DNA of 64,000 bases. Origin: Carcharhinus amblyrhynchos. Lineage: Eukaryota. The translations under genes were made by a program, and so were the position numbers. This document shows, one piece after another, positions 1 through 11,790 of this stretch (positions within the stretch are counted from its first letter, which is position 1; each line of letters begins with the position of its first letter). The stretch is taken from the NCBI GenBank assembly GCA_965287045.1, contig OZ336883.1, forward strand, positions 21,390,001-21,454,000. The letters run 5' to 3'. The notes beneath the pieces were generated by a model. It was not told the origin of the DNA, searched no databases, and saw only the letters and a program-made list of their open reading frames with translations.

Positions 1-237
1 CAACTGATGAGTAAGGCACTGTCTATGAAGAAAAACAGAGTTAACATTTCACTTGGAAAATACTTTAATCAGAACATTCTGATGAAAAGTTTTTAATCTG
101 AAATATTGTTTTTCTCTCCACAGATATTGCCTACCCTGCTGAATATTTCTAGCCTTTTTTTTGTAATTTCAGATTTCTAGCAATTACTTGTTTTGTAAAG
201 GGACCTTGGGGTGTTTCTTTACATAAAAAAGGTTTTT

Positions 238-538
238 TTTAAGTTTATTTATTATTGTCATAAGTAGGCTTACATTAACACTGCAATAAAGTTACTGTGA
301 AAATCTCCTGGTTGCCATACTCCGATGCCTGTTTGGGTACACAGAGGGAGAATTTAGCATGGCCAAAGCACCTAACCAGCATGTCTTTTGGACAATGGGA
401 GGAAACCGGAGCTCCCACAGGAAACCCGCACAGACAAGGGGAGAACATGCAGACTTCACACAGACAGTGACTCGAGCCAGGAATCAAACCCAGGTTCCTG
501 GTGCTGTGAGGCAGCAGTGCTAATCACTTGAGCCACCC
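238..538 (-). mobile_element. tRNA-derived V-SINE/HE1-like SINE, tail type B
   Basis: tRNA-like head (A/B boxes), central TCTCCCCGTGTCTGCGTGGGTTTCC core, tail CACAGTAACTT..TGCAGTGTTAATGTAAGCCTACTT..AATAAATAAAC. Confidence 0.88.
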
Positions 539-694
539 TTAGTATAATAAAAATACAAGATTTTTTACTCAAGAAATTTGACTTTGACTTATTGGCAGAT
601 ACTGTAAAACAGAGGCATTTGAATTTTGAACAAAAGTTTGATTAGTCTTTTATGAAGTTAATGGCCTGTTTAGAGTTAGGCCTATTTGGTGTAC

Positions 695-895
695 CTTATT
701 ATTTCTCCATATTCATCCCACTTCACTCTCTCTTCTGTTGCCGGGAACATGGGATAGGATTTTTTAGCCTGTTTGAAAAAGCTTCCTTTGCGACTGCTCT
801 CACTTTTCATCATGAGATCATGTTTGGTTTTGCCAGTCAGTGGTTGGTCCATGTCTTCTTCAATATCACTCTCATCACTGGAATCAACATCTCGC
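695..895 (-). CDS. CPSF2: CPSF2 coding exon 9, [18 protein letters not shown]...[28 protein letters not shown](R); the gene continues beyond the left edge
   Basis: 201 nt, cag acceptor and gtacac donor. Contains the conserved KSYPMFP...KWDEYGE motif. Confidence 0.95.
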
Positions 896-1940
896 CTGCA
901 AGGAAAACACAATCAAGGATGCTATTAATTTATTCTGCAGGTCAGGTAGTTTCTAGGAGGAAGAAAACAGAGTTAATGCTTCAGGTTTATTAAATATTTC
1001 TAGCATTTCCTGCTTTCATTTTTGATTGGCAGCATCTGCAGTATTTTGCCTTTGCTATTAATTTTGTTCCAAACAGAGAAAGGGTTGTCGTGAATACAGC
1101 CTAAACTAACATTACAGTGGCACACAGTATTTAAAGAATTCCACCAACACTTTAAATGTTTAGTGGTCATATATTATGTAGTTATCTGGGGAAAAGTCTA
1201 TTAAACTGCGCATACACAATTTGAAAATACCTGTGTATTATGTAAAGAAACAATTTTAAAGTATTTCTTACTTTTCTTACAGAAGAATAATAATCTTGGG
1301 CAGCGGCTCATTGTGTTCAAATTATCACAATGTTACCTCAGAGTGGTAGCATCATCTACATTTCCATTACTTTTGGAATTGCAACCACTTATAATTTATT
1401 TATAGCTTTTGTATATACAGAATCATGCAAACATCATGAATGTTTTAACAGTTGGTTTTAAAAGCAACCTTGTCTTGCTATTGGTACTAATGCATTTTTT
1501 TAAGAAAACGCTTTCTGTTTTTTCATACAGAGGAAAGAAATCTGAAGTGGACTTTTCTTCTTGCAATGCATTAAGTCACAGAATTGAAGTCATGTAAATT
1601 CTGCCACATTTACTTTGCTTACGGCTGGACAGAGCATAAAAAAGCATCAATAGCCACAAAAACAGACCAAAATCTTCCTCAATATATTTTGATGAGGTGT
1701 AAAGTGCATAACTCCCAAGTGACGCACTGAAACAATGATGGCAATTTATTTCAGCATTTTGTGCCAGAATTTTACATTTTTCTGTGGATTAACAGAAGGC
1801 CAAAGGTCGATGCAATTATAGAACTGGTCACTGATTGCCAAAAATACCAGCTATAAAATGTGACCATGTTACATCCTCAGAAAGCAATAAAAAAAATCCA
1901 AACTGCAGCTTTTGTCAGTTTGTACATCACATCTACTTAC

Positions 1941-2041
1941 TCCTTCTCTTGTTCCTGCTTTTTAGCTGCCTCCTTCTTGAGCTTCTCCTTCTCTAGGTAT
2001 TCTTCCAACTCCTTCCCTTCCAATTTTACACGACGTCTAAT
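1941..2041 (-). CDS. CPSF2: CPSF2 coding exon 8, [33 protein letters not shown](E)
   Basis: 101 nt, tag acceptor and gtaagt donor. Confidence 0.95.
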
Positions 2042-2769
2042 CTATTGGTTGAAAAAAAAAATGACCGTCACAGAGCAGGATGACAGAGACTTTGTCACGT
2101 GATTCAAGATTTACTGTATGTAAAAAACCTGAGATTCAATTACGTAGTCAGTCAAAACACAATGGGGCCCTAGTGAAAATAAGATAGACGCTGAGGACCA
2201 AGTTATTAATTCAATTTCAATTTGAGTCCTCACAAAACAGGACAATTCCCTCTCTTTATTATCAATGGGAGTTGCACTTAATTCTTCAAAAACAAAACAT
2301 GTATGTTAGTATATATTACTCCAAAATCTTGTTTTACAGTATGAAATACCATTTTAAGTGCTCATATAGTTAAGATGCTACAAGAAATATTAGCTGCACC
2401 TAAACATTTAAAAATACAAAATGGATTAAAGATACAGCTAATAAAGAATGACTTCCAAGAACTGTAGAAAATTCTACCACTGGACAGCACAAAGCACTGG
2501 TACTCCAGAATGTTGAGCAGTGGGATGTACATTTCTCCATACAGTGAATTCCCACCATCAGGCGGGCCGTTATATAGGCAACACTTGGAGAAAGAAAAAG
2601 CAGAAGGCATAGCACCCCATTTGTTGATAGTGTAACTTATCAGGGATATCTTCAACACATCATTGATGGAAACCCAGGAACTGATTATTTTCCTGTTCTT
2701 TAAGACAGGGAATTGTCCAAGCCCAGAGAGGCATTCACTTATGCCCATTTGTCATTTTTTGAAGCTAAA

Positions 2770-3095
2770 TATAGAAAATAGGTCCAGGAGTTGGCCATTC
2801 AGCCCTTCAAGCCTGCACCCCCATTCAATATGATCATGGTTGATCATACACTTTCAGTATTCCGCTCCTGCTTTCTCTCCATACCACTTGACCCCTTTAG
2901 CCTCAAGGGCCACATCCAGTTTCGTCATGAACATATCTAACGAAGTGGCCCCAACTGCTTTCTGTGGTAGAGAACTCCACAGGTTCACAACTGTCTGAGT
3001 TAAGGGGTTCTTCTTCCTCCTGAAGTCCTGAATGGCTTACCCCCTATTCTTACACTATGACCCCTAGTTCTGGACTTTCCCAACATCGGGAACAA
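2770..3095 (-). mobile_element. CR1-like LINE 3' fragment
   Basis: The - strand reads [23 protein letters not shown], followed by the CR1 3' UTR hairpin region. Confidence 0.8.
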
Positions 3096-3200
3096 CATAA
3101 TTTCACATCCCAGTTCTACTGCGCCGGAGAACTTTTCATCAACATGTCCAGAACAATAACCCCAATTATAAACTATTGTCTTTGTCAGTTGCATTCTTAC

Positions 3201-3491
3201 CTCTATATCCATTTTTTTGGTGCTAGGGTTGTCTATCAAATATCTCGCCAGTGTTCCAGGCGTCGTCCTATAAGTGAGGATCACAGAATTCTTTGGATCC
3301 TGACACCACTGTATGAAAAGGTCACGTGAAAATCCACATTCCATATCAGACTGACTGGCTAGTACAACCTTCGGACTGGGCACTCGAGCCAGGTCTGAAA
3401 GGCTGTGGCACAGAGAAAGGTGGCGAAACTGAAAGGGATTGTTTCGTTTGTCTTCAAAGCACCTCATTAACTTGTCACTCATCCATTCCAC
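3201..3491 (-). CDS. CPSF2: CPSF2 coding exon 7, [25 protein letters not shown]...[21 protein letters not shown]
   Basis: 291 nt, tag acceptor and gtaaga donor. Beta-CASP domain. Confidence 0.97.
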
Positions 3492-3944
3492 CTAAAAGGA
3501 AAGGAATAACAGACAATATTTAATTGCAGTGTCCCAATTCTAGAACAAAAAAACTTCATACAAGGCAGGGAGGTGGTCACCAACAGCATAAATTAAGTAC
3601 AAAGGATTGATTATTGTGGGGAAGTGACATTAATATTTTGACAACAGAGTAATTATAGACCAAGAATATTCCCAAAGTGCTTCCTGAAACAAACAAGCCA
3701 AAGTGCTGGATAAAGGCAATTGCATGACGTTCATATAAAAACTTTCAAAATCAGCTCACCAATTTGGATTTAGATTTTTCTAACTGAAGCAAGCTGGTCA
3801 TGGCATGCAAATAATACAAAGGAACATCCGATTTCAAACAAAAGACTGGTTATTGTGGAGAAAATGTAATAAGTAGGAAACAAATCAACTTATAAGCTCA
3901 TGCTGTAGCAAAACATCTATATATCCAAATGCAATTCTAATTAA

Positions 3945-4226
3945 GTCACAAGTAGGCTTACATTAACGTTGCAATGAAGTTACTGTGAAAATCCCCTAGT
4001 CGTCACACTCCGGCACCTGTTTGGGTACGCTGAGGAAGAATTTAGCATGGCCAATTCACCTAACCTGGACATCTTCTGGAGGAAAGCGGAGCAGCCGGAG
4101 GAAACCCATGCAGACACGGGGAGAATGTGCAGACGCCACACAGACAGTGACCCAAGCCAGGAATCAAACCCAGGTCGCTGGCACTGAGAGGTAGCAGTGC
4201 TAACCACTGTGCCACCGTGCCGCCCT
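3945..4226 (-). mobile_element. V-SINE/HE1-like SINE, tail type B
   Basis: Full head GGCGGCACGGTGGCACAGTGGTTAGCACTGC plus tail B. Confidence 0.9.
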
Positions 4227-4703
4227 TAAAGAATGAAGGCAAGAAATTATTTGCTTTTGTGAAATACTGATCTTCAGCAACGAACACTAACTGAATATTG
4301 ATAGCAGCTTGTTTTCGACATTTTTACACTAATCAAGCAGTGCCAAATATTCAGGAGGCAATGACTTTCAAAATTCTCCTTTTGGTGTTTAGAGCTCGAA
4401 AATATTAAAGTAATGCTTACTTTGTTGGATATATTTACCAATAAAACGTGCTGCTGAAGTCAGCTGAACAACTCATTCCTCAATTTCCAAGCCTAAATTT
4501 GGGTTTTTTGATCAAGTTGGCAGGAGATAGATTTTATTTTATATCAAAAAATGTTGATGATTTATTCACTTTCCTTTCAAAATACGGCAACTTTCATTCT
4601 GAATCGCAACAATTTTCGAATATTGTGAAGAGGGGACAAAAACTCCACTTTGAACCAAAAGGATTTTCTTTAATTCGTTAGTTTGTGAAATTGTCAATGG
4701 TTA

Positions 4704-5081
<378 letters not shown>

Positions 5082-5255
5082 TCATGTACTCATTACTCAA
5101 CTCACCTGAGGGTCAAAGTAACTCTGCTTCCATACTTGTTTTAAAAAAAACAGTATCAACAATATTCTCTGACACTCTGTCTTGTTTGTTACTCTCTCTT
5201 TTACAGAGACTTATTTAGGCACATTGGTGTACAGCCTGCGAAGAGCAGCCCTTTC

Positions 5256-5735
5256 ATAGAGTAGAATCATAGAATCCCTGCAGCACAGAAGGAGGCCTCC
5301 TGAACTGCACCAACCACAATCCCACCCAGGTCCTATCCTCTTAAACTCACCTATTTATTCTGCTAGACACCCTGACACTAAGTTGATTAAGCTGATCTTT
5401 CTCTATATCCTAGCTACGACTACATTCTGCACTCTCTTGTTTCCTTCTCTTTGAACAGTATGCTTTGTCTGAATAGCGCATGTGCAGGAAACAATACTTT
5501 TCACTATGTTAATACATGCAACAATAATAAATCAAATAAAAAGAGTAAATTTAGTATGGCCAATTCGCCTAACCCACACATCTTTGGCATGTGGGAAAAA
5601 ACCAGAGCGCCTGGAGGAAACCCACACAGACACAGGGAGAATGTGCAAACTCCACACAGACAGTCACCGAAGGCCAGAATTGAACCCGGGTCCCTATTGC
5701 TATGAGGCAGCAATGCTAAGCACTGTGCCACCCAC
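5256..5735 (-). mobile_element. HE1-like SINE (tail A) interrupted by a ~160-bp LINE-tail insertion (~5381-5542, + strand)
   Basis: SINE halves flank tatgctttgtctgaatagcg...aatacttttcact...aataataaatcaaat, which also occurs reversed at ~16596-16665. Confidence 0.75.
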
Positions 5736-6461
5736 TAAATTAGGAGATAAATCTGTGCTTTGCTGTTACCCCCAGAGCTGCTCACCAGCTCCCCACTAAT
5801 CATTATCCTGTTTCATATGGTTCACTCCACTCCACCCTTAGCTCACAACACTATCCCCTCTGCCACTAGTACTTGCAGTTGACTTCACCACTCTCACCCT
5901 TTCAGCACCCTTCCTTCTAACTGACATCCACAGCTCACACACAGCAAGAATGAAAATATGATTAAAAACTAGCTTCAATGCAATTGGGAACACTGAATTG
6001 AAGACAGGCCTCAAACATCCCTCATTTCTCTGCACTAATCGATCCATGCTGAAGTCGAGAGAGGGAGTTCTAGCCTCAGTTGATGAAAAAGCTTACAACA
6101 CAATTTAAAATGCAGTAGGCGGCATTAGTTGTCTTCACCTTGAAGCTTGCAGGAAAATCTGAGTTACTTAAGTTTCCTTGGAGGAGGAAAGATAACTAGA
6201 TTTCCCATCATATGCTGTATTGCTCAAAATCTTCAAATTTACAGTAAGAAAAACAAAGGATGCTGATGGAAACCAATAGGTTTCATGATAATGTGAATGC
6301 TCAGGTAGAAGACATACACCTTAAAAATTATCCCTTATATGTCCTCCAGCTTGTGTCTGAAAGCACAGAAAGATTTAAATTGTGCTACACTGCAGCTGTT
6401 ATCTGAATGTGACAATGATACTGGTCTGTGCTTGGTGCATGCCCTCCAAGTTAGACCATCA

Positions 6462-6614
<153 letters not shown>

Positions 6615-7204
6615 TTAGTGCCCATTGCAATTACTCTTGAAACTGGTTTCGCTGGATACATACTTTCCCCATGACATTATTAGCAATATGCCTGCGAAAT
6701 TCAAATGTTTCAGACTTAGTTTTGGAGACCTGTAGAAGACCCATGCAATTGATGCAGGGCAGCCCATCGACATTGCTATTTTTGCACATTACAGACTTTG
6801 TGGAGGAAAAGGTCAGGTTAAAAAAGTAATCAAAAAAAAATTCTCGTGTCTGATGATTTTCGGCATATGTAAGCTTTAACATCATTTCCTAAACTGCTGA
6901 CCACCAAATACTGCATCTTCCTTTGGAGCAAATGATTTTTGTTCTCCAGAACTCTCAGCTTTCTACCGAAATGTAAACTTTTAAAGAAGTCAAAACATAA
7001 ATGGGTCTGAAGAAGTGAACTGACATGCATCGCATATCTGTACCTGTACCACTGTTTACTATTAAAAGTACACTCTTTCGTATGCAGCTGTGTCAGTCTT
7101 TATTCAGAAGATGTTGATGATCTTATTCCCTGCTGTTGTAAGTGGGTTTTTGCAAGAATTAAATGCTCATACCACTGCTGAGCTAAAGCTAGTGATGATA
7201 CTCA

Positions 7205-7408
<204 letters not shown>

Positions 7409-8389
7409 TCATTGCAGCAGAATTTTATTACAACACTAGCAAGTACAGAGCTAAAGAAGTACCTCTTGTGTACATACAAACCATGAGGCCTAAGGCATGA
7501 CAGAAATTGAGCCTCATGGTAATAGTTATGAGCTGCCAGTGCCTGTTATGCTTCCAGAGGTAGCTTATCCATCTACCAGGATCCAAGTTGGGTCAGCTGC
7601 CTCAGTGAAGGGAACTCACATATTAGTGCCAGGGAAGAACAGGAAGAGAATGCGGAGCGAACTGCAGGCATCCCATAACACTGTAGAACCAGTACTCCCG
7701 CTTCTCCTGACTCCAGATTAAAATACAAATATTTTTGATACCATCGTAAGGACTACTGGATATTCCACATAATCAGTGCTGTAGAATTTGCTGATGGGCT
7801 CCATTCTTGTTTAGATATGCATTGAGCCTTATGCCCATTTCAGGTGGGCACTTCAGATTTCTGGAAACCCTTCTCCACCATGATGTCTGAACCCATGTCC
7901 CAGGCTCAAATCAGGTGGGGAAGACTATCCTGAAATCACTCCTCATTGCCTGGTTTTGAGCGCAAATGAAATAAGGACAATTTTTAAACTAATCTGAAAT
8001 CACACGGATTACTTTTTTTGGTTATATTCCACCTTTTTGGGGATGGAGGAAGAGAAGGTGTTCTACAAACCCTCCGCCAAGAAGTAAACCAGTTCCAGAT
8101 CTATGACAATATCACATTGTAACTTGACAACAGATGTTGTGCAAAAGCAGATTGATTGTCTACTTTTAGATTATCCCCCAGAGCGTGATACCAGGACTTT
8201 GGTAAATTTAAAGAGTTGAACAAATCTTTAATTAGTAAGGGTTTGAAGGGCTTTAGTGAACGGGCAGGTGAGTGGAGTTGAGGCCAAAATGAGATCAGCC
8301 ATGATCATATTAAATTGTGAAGCAGGCCCAAGGGCTGAATTGCTCCTAGTTTTCATGGTTATGATTAGACTCAAAACCGATTTTACCTC

Positions 8390-8790
8390 ACACCCCCGGG
8401 TATCATCTGAATCTACTGTAGTATTCTTGCCTCTGAGTCAGAGGTTGTAGATTCAAGCCCCACTCCACAAACCTGAACACAAAATCTAGATCTTCACTTC
8501 ATACAGTATGAGTGTTGCAATAATGCAAGTGCCATATTTTGCATGCAATGTTAAAATGAGGCAGAGTTTGTCCTCTTAGGTGGATGCAACAAATCCCTTG
8601 CACTATTCGAAAAAGAGTTTAGTCCTGGTCAATATCTCTTTTAAAAATTATCTGGTCATTACCTCAGTGCCGTTCATGGAACCTTGCTGTGTGCAATTTA
8701 GCTGCCACACATCCTACATTGGGTGCAAAGTGCTTTGGCCATGCTAAGATCATGAAAAACACTATATAAATTATAAGTATTTCTTTCTCG
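8390..8790 (+). mobile_element. Old Deu-domain SINE (SacSINE1/AmnSINE-like); partial copies at ~18330-18550, ~32190-32360 and ~44590-44835
   Basis: Head gcctctgagtcagaggttgtagattcaagccccactcca, central atctggtcatta...ttgctgtgtgcaatttagctgcc, L2-like tail aaagtgctttgg...ctatataaat. Confidence 0.7.
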
Positions 8791-9123
8791 GGAGAAGCAG
8801 ATGTACCTTCAAACAATCCAGCTGAAATTGGAAACTTACTTAGCCACAGGACATGGTTGTACAAATCCATTATTAAGCATTTGGATAAGTACAAGGATGG
8901 GAAAGGATTAGAAGGGTATGGACCAAACATAGGCAATAGGGACTAGCTGGGAGGGGACCATAGTCAGCAGGACTGGTTGGACCAAAGGGCCTGTTTCCAT
9001 GCTGTATTGCACTGTGAATATAACCTAGCCAACTCCTACAGCACATTATGATCAACCCATAGTGCCAATGTGATCTATGTTAATGAATAAAACTTCTGGA
9101 TCCCTATCCATGTTCTGTCGTAC

Positions 9124-9229
9124 CTTTTAAATTGACAATCTGGGAATACTTCAATTGTTGAATCTTGTCAAATGCTGCATCCACGTCATCCAAAGTAAAC
9201 AGGGAGAACTCTTCAGTGTTGTGCCGTGA
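9124..9229 (-). CDS. CPSF2: CPSF2 coding exon 3, [35 protein letters not shown]
   Basis: 106 nt, aag acceptor and gtacga donor. The translation matches CPSF100. Confidence 0.95.
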
Positions 9230-9510
9230 CTTTAAGAGGAAATTAAATCAATTTACAATTTTCCAGCATCAAATTATGAGCTTAACATTTTAATCATGAA
9301 AATAAACTACAAGTTACTAGCTTAGGATTTTAATTATATTAAGAAATTGATAAAGACAAAAACAATCAAACATCATGCTGGATAGTAAAGAATGCAGGTG
9401 GCAGCTCCTATCATCACGACAGGAACACAATTACAACTAATATTACAAGCCTGGTGAACAAGATTCTTGATGAACTTAATAAGATTACAGATTTCCTGCA
9501 ATTGACTCAC

Positions 9511-9670
9511 CTGATACAGATCATACATAAACATCTGCCCCATCTTGTAAACAGGAATTGTGGCGTAAATTGCACAGTTTAAACCCAGCCTCCCAACAGC
9601 GTAAGGGAGAGCTCCCAGGTGTAAGGGATCCGGATGAGAAAGTAGGATTGCATCAACCAAATGAACATAT
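9511..9670 (-). CDS. CPSF2: CPSF2 coding exon 2, [53 protein letters not shown]
   Basis: 160 nt, cag acceptor and gtgag donor, phase-compatible. Contains the [11 protein letters not shown] degenerate MBL motif typical of CPSF100. Confidence 0.97.
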
Positions 9671-9740
9671 CTGCAACAAAATTTGCAAAGCTTTGTAAGA
9701 TGACCCCAAGCAATTATCTTCACATCTAATTGATCATTGG

Positions 9741-10031
9741 CCATTCACCCATCAAGTCTATACCAACTCTCCAACAGAGCATCACATCAAGATGCTAGCT
9801 CCATAAACCCATATATTTACCCCACTAATCCTTCTGACCTACACATCTTGAGATAATAAGGGACAATTTAGCCTGGCCAGTCTACCATACCTGTACATCT
9901 TTGGACTGTGGGAGGAAATTGGAGGACCCGGAGGAAACCCACATAGACACGAGAATATGCGAACTCCATTCAGACCATGCTATCGGAATTGAACCCGGGT
10001 CCCTGGCAGTAGTGCTAACCACTGTGCCAGC
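9741..10031 (-). mobile_element. HE1-like SINE
   Basis: Reverse head/core motifs. Confidence 0.8.
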
Positions 10032-10699
10032 CTTTTAATGTTCAATGATCTCTGAGAGAAACTATGTTTGAAAAATCAACTGTGATGTCTCTCTAATCAA
10101 TGAAGATTAGTCAACAAATGCTTATTGACTCAGCTGGAATGTGAAAAATGGCCATTTGGAGCTGGTGCCAAATTAGTTTTATTACCCCTATATGCACAAA
10201 GTTACCAGCTAAATAAGGTGGGGACCTGAATAGGGCAATCAGACCTTTTAACAATTGCGTCTATCAACAATTAGATCATGGCTGATCTGAACTTCAAACT
10301 CATTTACCCACCTTTCTTCTGTATTCCCTGATAGTTATCTAATAAGAATCTATTAATCTCAGGTTCCTCCGATGAAACATTTGTAGCCTCAAAGCCATTG
10401 CTACCTCTGCTTTAAACACAGATGAGTGTATGTTCTTCCATGACTACAATTTCACCAAACCACAATGGCACCTGGTCAGGGAACACTTCCATTTTAAAAT
10501 TCTCATCCTTATGTCCAAATCTCCCTTGAAGGTCACTCGTCCCTATTTCTGTAACCTCCTCCAGCACGACAATCCTCCAAGAATTTTGCATTCTTCCAAC
10601 AATGTTTTTTATGCACTCCCGATCTCTTTCACTTAGTTATTGTAGGCTGTGCTTTCAGCTCCCTAGTTATGAATTAAATCACAAAGAATATTTTGCTTA

Positions 10700-10858
<159 letters not shown>

Positions 10859-11219
10859 TCAAATAAACAATCAGCACTGGCGAAATTGAGAAAGATGTCA
10901 AGCACAAATAGAATTTATACAGAATTTAAACAGAAATAAAATGTCACCATCTTTGGCGATTATTGCATACAAACTGCATCAGAATACATCAAGCATATGG
11001 CACAGAAACAGACCACTCAGTCCAACTAGTTGATGCCAGCATTAATACTCCACCTGAGCCTCCTTCCTCATTTAAACCCATCATTGTAAACCTCTATCTT
11101 CTCCTCCCTCAGATATTCATCTAGCTGCCCCTTAATTGTATCCAGGGCCAATGCAACCACTAGGAAATAGATGGACGCCTACAGCGACATAGTGCAGGGG
11201 TGCACAAAGAACTGGATGA

Positions 11220-11790
11220 ACTACTGTGTGCAGTTTTGGGCGCCGTACTTACACAAGGATATTTTGGCCTTGGAGGGAGTGCAGAGGAGGTTTACTAGGC
11301 TGATGCCGGAGTTGAGGGGGTTGAGCTATGAGGAGAGGCTGAATAAATTAGGCTTGTACTCGTTAGAGTTTAGAAGAATGAGGGGAGATCTCATTGAGAC
11401 GTATAAGATGATGAATGGGATGGATAGGATAGAGGTGGAGAGACTCTTCCTGCTCAGAAAGGATAGTAGGACTAGGGGGCACAGCCTCAAGATAAAGGGG
11501 GGGCGGTTTAGAACGGAGTTGAGGAGGAACTTCTTCACTCAAAGGGTGGTGAATCTCTGGAATTCTCTGCCCGTTGAAGTGGTGGAGGCTACCTCGCTAA
11601 ATATTTTTAAGACGCGGGTTGATGGGTTTTTGATAAGAGAGGGGATTAAGGGTTATGGGGAGAGGGCGGGAATGTGGAACTGAGCCACAACAGATCAGCC
11701 ATGATCTTATTGAATGGCAGGGCAGGCTCGAAGGGCTAGTTGGCCTACTCCTGCTCCTATTTCTTATGTTCTTGTTATGTTCTTATGTTT
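11220..11790 (+). mobile_element. Young 5'-truncated CR1/HER1-like LINE, open ORF2 C-terminus plus 3' UTR and (TTCTTATG)n tail
   Basis: YCVQFWAPY...LEGVQRRFTRL...RRMRGDLIETYK...RTRGHSLK...FFTQRVVNLWNSLP is the typical CR1 ORF2 C-terminus. Octamer tail, CpGs largely retained. Confidence 0.92.

Noticed and set aside
275-487. Recurrent ORFs with HCLCGVCTFSPCLCGFPP / WSLHVLPMSAWVSS motifs (also 3980-4287, 5504-5731, 15664-15894, 39582-39800, 41445-41678, 62386-62658)
   Set aside because: These are translations of the SINE core, not a protein family.
4140-4226. tRNA-like A/B boxes
   Set aside because: These are SINE heads followed by the SINE core, with no complete cloverleaf, so they are not tRNA genes.
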